DNA from: Candidatus Latescibacterota bacterium
GTDB taxonomy: Bacteria > Latescibacterota > CBDEFO01
Direction: 5' to 3'
Assembly (NCBI GenBank): GCA_965248755.1
Contig: OZ252149.1
Span: 1,600,001-1,664,000 of the forward strand
Length of the DNA stretch: 64,000 nucleotides
Both the position numbers and the translations under genes were made by a program. This document shows, one piece after another, positions 53,130-62,670 of this stretch (position 1 is its first letter; every line of letters starts with the position of its first letter). Under the pieces are notes generated by a model. It was given only the letters and a program-made list of their open reading frames with translations. It was not told the DNA's origin and ran no database searches.

Positions 53130-55073
53130 CTAATCTTGCCCTGTCTGGCGCGTGTAGGGCAGCAACCCTCCCGCCTTTAACATAGCCTTCTGACGTTCCG
53201 TCAGGTCCATGGTCACGTTGAAGCTAAAGTTTTTTGTCCTGTTCTCCACTGTCAAAGAGAGTTCGTCTACCCCTTTGTGTGTACTCAGCACAGCCAGTTC
53301 GTCATCCTGGTCGATCTTGTCGTAATCGGACGGATTCTGAAAGACGAGGGGCAAGAGTCCGAAGTTGACCAGATTGGCGTGGTGTATTCGCGCAAACGAC
53401 TTGGCAATGACGCCCTTAATACCCAGATACATAGGAGCTAATGCGGCGTGCTCGCGGGATGATCCCTGACCATAGTTGTCCCCTCCTACTATGAAGCCTC
53501 CGCCCTTCTCCACCGTCCTTTTGCTGAACTCCGGGTCGAGGCGATGATAGACAAATTCGCTGATTTTGGGTATATTCGAACGATACGCCAGTATGTCCGA
53601 ACTTGCTGGCATGATGTGATCGGTGCTGATGTCGTCCCCCACTTTGATCAGTGCTTCACCTGTAAGATTCTCCTCAAGCGGAGCTTTCGGCGGCGCGGGG
53701 ACGATGTTTTCGCCCCGTTCCACGGTCAAGCTCTCCGCCTTCTCAGCGGAAACAGGAGGGATCAAATTGGGATTATTTTGATCTATGCGAGAGGGCAGTT
53801 CCGCGGCAGGAGCGGATACGTCCAGATCCCGAGGGTCGGTGAGCACGCCCCGGATCGCCGTAGCCGCGGCGGTCTCCGAGCTGGATAGATATACCTGGTC
53901 TTCGTTAAGTCCACTTCTTCCTTTGAAGTTCCGGTTGGCAGCCCTCAGGCTCTTTGTCCCTGGCGCCGGCACGTGACCGGTGCCTATGCACGCTCCGCAC
54001 GTAGCCTCAGCTACGTTGACACCGGCTGTTATAAGGTCTGTGAGGAGACCCTCCCTGGCTAACAACTCCAGGGCCGAGCGGCTACTGGGATGCACAAAGA
54101 ATGTAACTTCGGGATGAACCTTCTGGCCGCGCATGATCTTGGCCACAGCCTGAAGGTCTGTGTACGACCCGTTCGTGCAGCTCCCCACCATGACCTGCTC
54201 TATTTTAATGCCTTTCACTTCGCGGACAGGAACTACCGTGTCCGGCAGGCTCGGAAGGGCTACTAAAGGTTCGATCCGGGAGAGATCCAGTTCGATAGTT
54301 TCATCATACTCGGAGTCCGGGTCGGGCAGCGCCTCTCGCCAGTCCTCCTCCCGCCCCAAGCGGCGGAAGAACTCCAATGTGATCTCGTCACTTGGGAAGA
54401 TGCCCGTTGTAGCCCCTAACTCGGTACACATATTGGTGATGGTGACGCGCTGTTGGGCGTTGAGGGTCTCGATTCCGGGTCCTGTAAACTCAAAGATCTT
54501 GCCGTATCCGCCGCGAACCGAGAGACGACGCAGAAGTTCCAATATCACATCCTTGGCTGTACACCACGGCTGAAGTTCTCCCGTAAGATAGACGTTGACC
54601 ACCTCCGGCATGGTGATATGGTAGGGGCCTCCGCCCATAGCCACCGCCACATCCAGACCTCCCGCTCCGATAGCCATCATCCCTATCCCGCCCAAGTGAG
54701 GCGTGTGGCTGTCCGCGCCCAGGGCTGTCTCCCCCGGAACTGCGAAGTGCTCCAGATGTATCTGATGTCCGATGCCTGACGCCGGCTTGGCAAACCATGC
54801 CCCGTACTTCCGGCAGGCACTCTGCAGATAGAGGTGATCCTCCATGTTCTCCGGTTTTACCTGCAGCACATTGTGATCGGCAAAGCAAACGGCCACCTTA
54901 CAGCGCACCCTTTCAAGGCCCATAGCCTCAAAGTGCAGAACCGCCTGAGTCCCTGTAAGGTCCTGTATAAGTACCTGGTCTATGCCAATAGCGATCTCCT
55001 CGCCGGGATTCAGTTCCCCGGAGACCAGGTGTTCATTTAGAATCTTCTTTGTCAAGTTTAGGTTTAGGCCCAT
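53130..55073 (-). CDS. Aconitate hydratase (short type)
   Basis: QDLTG, DHN, GADSHT, VGSCTN, CGACIG, NRNFKGR, DISTDHIMP, NYGQGSSREHAA. Confidence 0.93.
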   Translation of the reverse strand: MGLNLNLTKKILNEHLVSGELNPGEEIAIGIDQVLIQDLTGTQAVLHFEAMGLERVRCKVAVCFADHNVLQVKPENMEDHLYLQSACRKYGAWFAKPASGIGHQIHLEHFAVPGETALGADSHTPHLGGIGMMAIGAGGLDVAVAMGGGPYHITMPEVVNVYLTGELQPWCTAKDVILELLRRLSVRGGYGKIFEFTGPGIETLNAQQRVTITNMCTELGATTGIFPSDEITLEFFRRLGREEDWREALPDPDSEYDETIELDLSRIEPLVALPSLPDTVVPVREVKGIKIEQVMVGSCTNGSYTDLQAVAKIMRGQKVHPEVTFFVHPSSRSALELLAREGLLTDLITAGVNVAEATCGACIGTGHVPAPGTKSLRAANRNFKGRSGLNEDQVYLSSSETAAATAIRGVLTDPRDLDVSAPAAELPSRIDQNNPNLIPPVSAEKAESLTVERGENIVPAPPKAPLEENLTGEALIKVGDDISTDHIMPASSDILAYRSNIPKISEFVYHRLDPEFSKRTVEKGGGFIVGGDNYGQGSSREHAALAPMYLGIKGVIAKSFARIHHANLVNFGLLPLVFQNPSDYDKIDQDDELAVLSTHKGVDELSLTVENRTKNFSFNVTMDLTERQKAMLKAGGLLPYTRQTGQD

Positions 55074-55134
55074 ATTTTCTCCTTAAAAGGCGAACACGTG
55101 GGGAAAGCGCCTATCTATATAGAATGGATAAATC

Positions 55135-55226
55135 GGTCAGACAAAAATGTCTGACCCACCAGATTTAGTACTTATACAATTTTTTGTTGATAGGCCGAAA
55201 TGTCAGGCAGGAATATCTGACTCACC
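55135..55226. repeat. Pair of REP-like palindromes (family GGTGGGTCAGACATTCCTGTCTGACA)
   Basis: Copies at 55135-55160 and 55201-55226; also 48294-48319, 57864-57889 and 57923-57949. Confidence 0.75.
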
Positions 55227-55309
55227 ACAGACAGGTTCTCCACCACATTCATCTGTCGTAGGGATCTCCCCCCGTGTATCTGCCCTGAAAATTGCTCACC
55301 ACAAGCTCT

Positions 55310-56971
55310 CTACTGGAAACACACGCCCGACGGACACTCTCTCTTTGTAATATGATCGTAGACCTCATCCTTGAAATATTTAAGCACAGACAAAACAGGG
55401 TAGGGGGCAGCCTGTCCCAATCCACAGATGGACGTAAGCTGCATAGCCTCCGAGAGCTCCAGGATAGGATCTAAATCCTGCTCTGTACCATCTCCTCTGC
55501 TTGTGCCCTCCAATATATCCACTAGCTTCTGCGATCCTACCCTGCAGGGCACGCACTTGCCGCAGGACTCGTTTCTAAAGAACTTTATCACATTCTTTGC
55601 CAGATCCAGCATACACGTCCCATCTGCCACAGCCACGACAGCACCTGAGCCGAGCATCGAACCTGCGTCTGCAAGGGCTTTGAAATCCAGCGCCACGTCA
55701 GCCATCTGGCCAGGCAGAAATCCGGACGAGGCCCCTCCGGGAGCGAACGCCTTCAGCTTACTATTTCCTACCATTCCACTTCCGTATTTGCAAATAAAGT
55801 CCCCGGCAGAGATGCCCAGGGGAACCTCATAGACCCCGGGGTTCCTCACGTGACCGCTCAGAGCCAGAAATTTAAGGCCGTCCGACCCGTTGGCACCACA
55901 GTCTTTGAACCATTGGGAGCCTTTGATCAGTATCCCCGGCACGAAGGCGAAGGTCTCCACGTTGTTGATGAGCGTCGGCTTTCCCCAGAGCCCGAAACTT
56001 CCCGGAAATGGAGGTTTATTCCTCGGCTCCGCCCTCTTGCCCTCCATCGCCTCCAACAGAGCCGTCTCCTCACCGCATATATAGCCTCCCGGACTCTCAA
56101 ATATGCTTATGTTAAAGTCGAACCCGGAGTCCAGAATATCCCTGCCTATCAGGCCTTGACCTCGACAATCCCTTATTGCTCTTTCCAGAATCTCTCTTTG
56201 TCTATTGTACTCATGCCGGATGAATATATAGCCTTCGTCGGAGCCTACAACGAATCCTCCGATTATCATGCCCTCTATCATCAGGTCGGGGAGCGTCTCC
56301 ATTAAGACCCTGTCCTTGCAGGTGCCCGGTTCGCTCTCGTCTGCGTTGCAGATTACGTATTTCTTGTCGCTTTTTTCCTTACCCACGATCTCCCACTTTA
56401 AGCCCGTGGGGAATCCGGCTCCGCCCATGCCCAGAAGGCCACTCTCCTTGAGCACCTGGATGCATCTTTGTGATTCCCCGCTCTTGAGGAGTTCCTTCAG
56501 TGCCCTGAACGGCTCGGATCTCTTATAGGGATCGATTTTGAAATTCGACTCCCTTACCCGCATCGGCTGCCTTCGCGGAAGATCTCCAGATGATAGCTTC
56601 TGCATCAAGGATTTCAGCTTTTCCCCTGCAACTTTGTTGTAACTCCGGCCGTTGATGGATATGGCCGGAGCACCGTCGCACTGTCCCAGACACGATACTT
56701 CAGAGACAGAGGCTTTATTCTTGTCCAATTTTGAGACGGAACTTTTGGCCTCATCCATAACCCGGGACGCTCCCATTAGGTGGCAGGACATATCCGTGCA
56801 CACCTTCACCTCTATCTGCGGCGGAGGCTCCAGATGAAAGTGCGGATAGAAGCTTGCGACCCCGTGAATATCATAAAGGGGGATATGCTCCTGCTCGGAC
56901 AGAGAAGTAAGCTCGTCTTGCGGAAGGTAGCCGTGTGCCTCTTGTATCTCTTTAAGTTTGTCTATAAGCAT
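55310..56971 (-). CDS. Fused NuoE-NuoF-like NADH-binding subunit (FDH gamma-beta type)
   Basis: VCTDMSC...SCLGQCDGAP (2Fe-2S); GMGGAGFPTGLKW, CNADESEPG, YICGEETAL, ESCGKCVPCR...ICGLG; likely start MLIDKL at 56971. Confidence 0.9.
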   Translation of the reverse strand: MLIDKLKEIQEAHGYLPQDELTSLSEQEHIPLYDIHGVASFYPHFHLEPPPQIEVKVCTDMSCHLMGASRVMDEAKSSVSKLDKNKASVSEVSCLGQCDGAPAISINGRSYNKVAGEKLKSLMQKLSSGDLPRRQPMRVRESNFKIDPYKRSEPFRALKELLKSGESQRCIQVLKESGLLGMGGAGFPTGLKWEIVGKEKSDKKYVICNADESEPGTCKDRVLMETLPDLMIEGMIIGGFVVGSDEGYIFIRHEYNRQREILERAIRDCRGQGLIGRDILDSGFDFNISIFESPGGYICGEETALLEAMEGKRAEPRNKPPFPGSFGLWGKPTLINNVETFAFVPGILIKGSQWFKDCGANGSDGLKFLALSGHVRNPGVYEVPLGISAGDFICKYGSGMVGNSKLKAFAPGGASSGFLPGQMADVALDFKALADAGSMLGSGAVVAVADGTCMLDLAKNVIKFFRNESCGKCVPCRVGSQKLVDILEGTSRGDGTEQDLDPILELSEAMQLTSICGLGQAAPYPVLSVLKYFKDEVYDHITKRECPSGVCFQ

Positions 56972-57258
56972 AAGTTTCCTGATTGAGAGCCGCAAGTCAT
57001 TAGAGATCACGATCTCGAAGATTTTGAAGATGAATATCAAGACCCACAAGACGTTGAAGATCAAGATCTACAAAGAATCAGAGACCAAGGTTAAGGCCTA
57101 CAGGAAGCAGGCTTAAGAACCACAGGAAATTGAAGATTAAGACCTCTAAAAAGTTAGCGTACAGTTAATTGGTTTTTCAAGATATCAGAGATCAAGAACT
57201 CCAAAGAGTCGGAGATCAAGGTCATATAGTATGCTGACATGCACAAATTGTGGCAATG

Positions 57259-57351
57259 ACGGAGCTTACGGAGCTTTATACTTAAACTTTTTCAAAAACA
57301 GAACACTTTTTTAAATAACAAAAGTTATAGGAAAACCTCCGTAAGCTCCGT
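57259..57351. repeat. Perfect 15-bp inverted repeat around an AT-rich spacer
   Basis: ACGGAGCTTACGGAG (57259-57273) and CTCCGTAAGCTCCGT (57337-57351). Confidence 0.85.
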
Positions 57352-57417
57352 AACTATTCCTGGAACCAGGTAAACCTACTCCATAATACCAAGTTCTTCC
57401 GCGTCCATCGCTTCATC

Positions 57418-57795
57418 TTAGCGCTCTAACAGTTCGATCTCATAGCCGTCCGGATCATCTATGAACGCCATCTTGTGCTCGGTCTTGAATTTCTCCCGCC
57501 ATCCGTCGGGCCAGATCTCAATTCCTTTAGATTCTAACTCATCGCAAAGAGCGATAAGATCAGGCACGCCGATCGCTATGTGCATCAAGTCCTCCGGAAC
57601 GTTCACCTTGTAGTCCGCTGAATAGGTCAGTTCGAAGCCGTGGTCGTTGCCAGGCAACTCCAAGAAGGCGATCTGGTTGCCGTGAGGCGATCCGTGAGGC
57701 GGACTCTTGAGAACAAAACCTAAATTGTCGCAGTAGAACTTAATAGACCTATCAAGGTCGCTGACGCGAACCCTGGTATGCATAAAGACAGCCAT
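57418..57795 (-). CDS. VOC/glyoxalase I family protein
   Basis: MHTRVRVSDLDRSIKFY, ELTY, HIAIGV, FIDDPDGYEIEL. Confidence 0.92.
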   Translation of the reverse strand: MAVFMHTRVRVSDLDRSIKFYCDNLGFVLKSPPHGSPHGNQIAFLELPGNDHGFELTYSADYKVNVPEDLMHIAIGVPDLIALCDELESKGIEIWPDGWREKFKTEHKMAFIDDPDGYEIELLER

Positions 57796-57967
57796 CTTGT
57801 ACTCCTTTCTCCATCTGTAAATTTAGGAATCTTTTCAACGAAAGCAAGGTCTGCCCTGAAATATGTCAGACAGGAATGTCTGACCCACCACTTTGTACAA
57901 AGAGTGTGTTGATAATATAGCTGGTAGAACAGACATTCTTGTCTGTTCCTCGAAATGTCAGAAAGGA

Positions 57968-59023
57968 TCAATCGAACCTGCGCAGGGAATCGCACGCCTC
58001 CAGACCGGCATTTTGTCCCGAGCCGAAGGCGCTTGCTATTAGATTCCTCGTCCCTGAGACTATGTCCCCCGCAGCAAACAGACCCCCGACCTTTCTCCCC
58101 TTTGAATCGAGCACCTGATTATCGTCGTCCACTATTAAGAGACCTTCCTCGTCCGTTCTTATATCCCATTTGTCTAAAAATTCAGCGTTTGCCACGAGTC
58201 CCTCATCTACGAAGAAACCGTCGAAGAAGAGTTCCTTTCCATTCTCCAATTTAAATCCCAGAAGGTCTGTCCCCTGCCCTATGTGCTTTTCTATTCTCTC
58301 CTCGATAATCGGAATGTTTCTCCCTTTCACCGTATCGAGCACTTCCTTTGACATCCCGTGAGGTCTTCCGTTTGTCAGTATCGTTATCTTATCTGTGAAA
58401 TCCTGAGCTCCCGCTGCGACATCGTAGATATAGTCGCCCGCACCCACGACAGCGATGTCCCTGTCCACGTGGAGGTGACCGTCGCAGCGGATGCACACGT
58501 GCCACCCTTTGCGATTTCCCGCATATCTAAAGACAGTACGATAGCGCTGGTACATCCTATCTGCCGTCTGGTCAACCTCGATATCGGGCCAAATATCCTC
58601 GAACCCCGAAGCCACAACTACCGTTCGACCGAAGAAGTTCTCGATCTGCAGTGGAGCACCTCCCTTGAAGGGAGACAGGGACGCTTCGATATCGAAGATG
58701 TCCTCCGATCTTGAGACCTCGAGGGCCCTTGCACCCTTAATTTCGATGCCCGCTTTCCTTTCAACCCCGGCTATCTGGACATCCCTGACGGGCCTCGATT
58801 CCATCCATTCCCGCAAAGCCTTTATAAAGTCGGGCCCTGTGATGCCGCTGAAGACAGGGACATCCTCGATCTTCACCGACTTCGACCAGTAGGCCCTCCC
58901 TTTGAGGCGGCTCACCTCTCTAGCATCCAAGACGAGGACGTGGCGCATCTGATGTGATGCGCTGATCGCCGCCTGCGCCCCTGCAGGACCTGCTCCTATT
59001 ACTACAACGTCGTATATCTCCAT
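57968..59023 (-). CDS. Thioredoxin reductase-like FAD oxidoreductase
   Basis: VIGAGPAG, VVASG, CIRCDG redox motif, GLFAAGD. Confidence 0.88.
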   Translation of the reverse strand: MEIYDVVVIGAGPAGAQAAISASHQMRHVLVLDAREVSRLKGRAYWSKSVKIEDVPVFSGITGPDFIKALREWMESRPVRDVQIAGVERKAGIEIKGARALEVSRSEDIFDIEASLSPFKGGAPLQIENFFGRTVVVASGFEDIWPDIEVDQTADRMYQRYRTVFRYAGNRKGWHVCIRCDGHLHVDRDIAVVGAGDYIYDVAAGAQDFTDKITILTNGRPHGMSKEVLDTVKGRNIPIIEERIEKHIGQGTDLLGFKLENGKELFFDGFFVDEGLVANAEFLDKWDIRTDEEGLLIVDDDNQVLDSKGRKVGGLFAAGDIVSGTRNLIASAFGSGQNAGLEACDSLRRFD

Positions 59024-59386
59024 TGTGATTGTTGTTGCTTCTTAATACATTCTTCTAAAATGTAGATGTGGTGTTACTGCACCCTCGGGTCGAGAAGTCC
59101 CCAACCCCCGATAGAGTCAATCGGGGGCTCAATCGGGGATCGCCCCTACGTATTCCCTGTTTTTACAGCAATATAAGCAAATTCTGAACGAAAGTCAAGC
59201 GCAGAACCGCCTTTCAGAGGCCTGTTTATTGTCTTCCGTGATTAGCTTTGCTGACCCCTCGCTTCACTCTGGGCTAAAGGCTCTGGGCTTCCGCCCGATA
59301 AATTCAATCGGGCATTCACCCCGAAGCAATCCCCGATACAGTCATTCGGGGACGCAATCTCGGAGGGGGGAAGGTGTACCCCCTCT

Positions 59387-60280
59387 CTACTTACTGAGCG
59401 CCTGCCGAACCATCTCGTCGAGGTCTTCCAACATCTGCTGCCAAGATTCCATGGCGTAATTAGGTCCAGGGGCAAATGGCGGCGTCTCAACGCACATCCC
59501 GTAACGGTAGTCGAGCTGGACGACTTTGCGGAAGAACTGGTTCCAGTCCACTAATCCGCGTCCGGGAGCAAGGTGAGAGTCCCTGTCTCCAGCGTTGTCG
59601 GCCAGGTGAAACTGACAAAGGCGCGGAGCCATTGCATCGAATAGTTCGTCCAATCGCTCAGGGCCGACCGAGATCAGAGCGTGGCCTGTGTCGAAGCAAA
59701 ACCCCAGGTTGGGGTGGTCAAACTCAGCAGCGAGTCGTTCGAAGTGCTCCGGACGCGAGCAGAATCTCCCGCCATCCTCCGGAGAGGGCATGTTTTCCAG
59801 TGCGATCTGAACCCCGCCGGATTCTGCCCTCGGAAGGAGTTCGTCCAGGCTCTTTCCGAGTTGACGAAGGAAAGGATCGAAGCCCTCAACGTCAACGCTC
59901 ATTTTGTGGAAGTCACCGCCCATTAAAATGCGGCTGGTTGTGGCATGCTGGATAGCTACTCGAATCTTCAGGGCAGGGATTAACTCCAGAAATTGACGTT
60001 TCCGGTCAACTGCATGGCGGCGTCCGGTCTCGTAAAAGTTGCTCAGATCGTCTTCGGCAGTGAACGGAAGGTGAAAGGAATCGATGCGGATTCCGGCGTC
60101 GGTATACTGCCGTTCCAGTTCCTCTAACTCCCCGAACCCCATCCCCTCAATCAGATAAGAAGGCATTTCAATACTATTGACACCCGCTGTCTGGCAAGTA
60201 GAAATTATTGTCTCGTGATCGCTGCCTACCATTCCAGCATGAAGAGACCAAAACCAGGGCCAATCCGAGTTCGTAGACAT
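59387..60280 (-). CDS. Sugar phosphate isomerase/epimerase
   Basis: IALENMP, CFDTGHA, FHLADN..RDSHLAPGRG, CVE. Confidence 0.88.
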   Translation of the reverse strand: MSTNSDWPWFWSLHAGMVGSDHETIISTCQTAGVNSIEMPSYLIEGMGFGELEELERQYTDAGIRIDSFHLPFTAEDDLSNFYETGRRHAVDRKRQFLELIPALKIRVAIQHATTSRILMGGDFHKMSVDVEGFDPFLRQLGKSLDELLPRAESGGVQIALENMPSPEDGGRFCSRPEHFERLAAEFDHPNLGFCFDTGHALISVGPERLDELFDAMAPRLCQFHLADNAGDRDSHLAPGRGLVDWNQFFRKVVQLDYRYGMCVETPPFAPGPNYAMESWQQMLEDLDEMVRQALSK

Positions 60281-60359
60281 AGTGTGCCTCCCCTGCTACG
60301 TTATTGACTTTACTGCATATCCTCTACCTTGAGAGCTATCCAGTAAAGACGGTATAGCT

Positions 60360-61319
60360 TCATTCCTGCCTCAATCCGCTATCCTCAGCCTCCTGAAGGA
60401 CCTTCATGGTAGGCAGGACATCGTTAAGATTGGGACACGGTTCGCGATCCTCTTTGAGGGCGTTCAGGAACTCCCGGTTCTGAGTCTCAACCGCCGGAGC
60501 GTGCGCCTCCCCGATGTCACTTTCCTCTTTGCCATCAATCAGAACGCGCGCTGAATTTTCCACGACTATCGTAGCCTTATCGGTGAAAAAGACGTAATCA
60601 TTAATCTCCTGGGGAGAATTGAAGGACTCAGTCACAGTCAGGATAGCCGCGTCCTCCGTTCGCATCAGGATGACCGAGTCCAGAGCCTCCCGGCCGGGCG
60701 GCTCGACGAACCCCTTCACTTCGGCTACCTCTTTCCCGGTCATCCACAGCAGTAAATCGACTTCGTGACTGCCGTGATGCCAATGAGAGCTGTCCAGCCA
60801 GTGGCGCTTGCGGCCCTTCCAGCTTACTCCCTCGTCTCTGCGCAGACGACAGCGGCGTGCCTGGACCATGTGCACGCGACCGAACTCCCCGGACAGTATG
60901 CGCTCTCGAAGGTTCAGCATGGTCGGCGTGAAGCGGAATGTGTGGCAAACCAATACCCGTCTCTTAGCACTCTGTGCCCTCCGGGCTAAGTCCGCTGTCT
61001 CCTGATAGCTCATCGCTGCCGGGACCTCTAACAAGACGTGCTTGCCCGCAGACAGCGCATCCCGCGTCATCTGATAGTGCAGACGGTTGGGAGTGGTAAC
61101 CACCATCACCGGACTCTCGTCCTCTTTTAAGGCCTCAGCGTAGTCAAACGTATATCTGGCAAATCCGTACTCTTCGGCAAAATCAGCGGTCTCTTGGGGC
61201 CTCCTTCCCACCAACGTGCCGAATGAGATTCCGCCTATCTTTTTGAAGGCTATGACGTGCTCTTCTGCGATGGAGCCGTAGCCTGCCATAGATACCTTGA
61301 GCGTTTGATCGGATGACAT
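60360..61319 (-). CDS. Gfo/Idh/MocA oxidoreductase
   Basis: AGYGSIA, VTTPNRLH, GKHVLLEVP, HHGSHEVD. Confidence 0.88.
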   Translation of the reverse strand: MSSDQTLKVSMAGYGSIAEEHVIAFKKIGGISFGTLVGRRPQETADFAEEYGFARYTFDYAEALKEDESPVMVVTTPNRLHYQMTRDALSAGKHVLLEVPAAMSYQETADLARRAQSAKRRVLVCHTFRFTPTMLNLRERILSGEFGRVHMVQARRCRLRRDEGVSWKGRKRHWLDSSHWHHGSHEVDLLLWMTGKEVAEVKGFVEPPGREALDSVILMRTEDAAILTVTESFNSPQEINDYVFFTDKATIVVENSARVLIDGKEESDIGEAHAPAVETQNREFLNALKEDREPCPNLNDVLPTMKVLQEAEDSGLRQE

Positions 61320-61547
61320 CTATTTCTCCTTGAAAATCTGGTCTGAAAATGTTCAGATTCGTCCCCCCCACGGGAGAGAGAGGCTTTAAGTCTGAAAGGT
61401 GGTAGATATGCCTATTGTTAATTCCTTATCGAAGACGGAAAATTCTCTGCGTAAAATCTCTATGAGCGATTTACTCTTGACCTTATAGTTTTGATCCTCC
61501 ACATTTTCATCGTCAACAATAAATCGTAAACCTATTCCCATCGGAAA

Positions 61548-62063
61548 TTATCCCAAGTGGAAGGCTTCTCTATTCTTATTCCAATCAATTAACAACTCAC
61601 ATTCTCTCAATTGCAGATAAATCGGGAATAAATAGAAGAAATCCTGACGGTGACCTCCCAAGACTCTCTTCACGATTCCATCCTTTACTTCGGTGAACGT
61701 GGTTAACATTTCTTCTAATTTTATTATCCTACCTGAGTAATCTATGTATGCATTCTTTATTGGAAGCTCTTCCTTATCACGTGTTATTGCAACAATCCTC
61801 AAAATTGAGTTTTTATTGAGATTAGTATATTCCGCCAGATTTGCAGGCAGTGCATTATCAAAGCCTGCATATCTCGCAGACTCAGCACGCAAATTATCTA
61901 ACAATTCAGCGTATTCTATGATTTTTCTTTCAAGAATTAACGAATCTGTTCGTCTGTAGGTCCATTCTATTTTTTTAGTCCAACGCCTTACATGTGAATG
62001 GTTCGCACAATTAAAATGAGGTGCAATTACAATCAATATCAGAAATAATACCCGTTTTGACAT
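61548..62063 (-). CDS. AT-rich hypothetical lipoprotein-like protein, possibly with a premature stop
   Basis: Signal-like N-terminus with Cys; GGAGG RBS; frame stays open about 50 codons past the TAA, to about 61387. Confidence 0.55.
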   Translation of the reverse strand: MSKRVLFLILIVIAPHFNCANHSHVRRWTKKIEWTYRRTDSLILERKIIEYAELLDNLRAESARYAGFDNALPANLAEYTNLNKNSILRIVAITRDKEELPIKNAYIDYSGRIIKLEEMLTTFTEVKDGIVKRVLGGHRQDFFYLFPIYLQLRECELLIDWNKNREAFHLG

Positions 62064-62236
62064 AACAGGTAACCTCCTAAATAAAATCTGTCGTAGAACC
62101 TATTTACACAGCATCGCGGATATACATCATATAAACTAAAGACGGAAAATCAGCCAAATTAAGCTCTTGAGCTCTGTAAGAGAATTTGTTATAATTATGC
62201 ATACCGATAGAGACTTGCAGGACAAAACCGAGGAGG

Positions 62237-62533
62237 TTGCAGATGCCAAAGTTAGAAAAGCTCACCGATAAAGAGATAGAGGAACAGTTATCAGGTCTTG
62301 AGGGCTGGGAGATCGTCGAGGGAAAGCTCCACAAGACCTTCCAGTTCGGGTCGTTCGTAGAGGCATTCGGGTTTATGGCAAGTGTCGCACTTGTGGCAGA
62401 ATCCCTGAACCATCATCCGGAGTGGTTCAATGTCTACAATAGAGTAACGATAGATCTAGTCACCCACGACGTGGACGGGATCAGCCAGAACGATTTCGAG
62501 TTTGCCGCAAGGGTCCAAGAGATAGCGGGGTAG
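62237..62533 (+). CDS. Pterin-4-alpha-carbinolamine dehydratase
   Basis: AESLNHHPEWFNVYNRVTIDLVTHD. Confidence 0.93.
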   Translation: MQMPKLEKLTDKEIEEQLSGLEGWEIVEGKLHKTFQFGSFVEAFGFMASVALVAESLNHHPEWFNVYNRVTIDLVTHDVDGISQNDFEFAARVQEIAG

Positions 62534-62670
62534 CGTGGGCTTTCGGTCTTTTCGCTCATACAGCAGCGCGTGAAGTCCGGTCTGCATCTTTGGGGTATGT
62601 CCACTGTATACCCGATCGAGGGATGGACTTCCTCTCGTCCTGTGTTACCTATCATCTTTAAGTTTCATGT

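Noticed and set aside
61387..61550. Stop-codon readthrough or alternative genetic code
   Set aside because: One in-frame TAA in an accessory gene; TAA, TAG and TGA all end intact genes elsewhere in the window.
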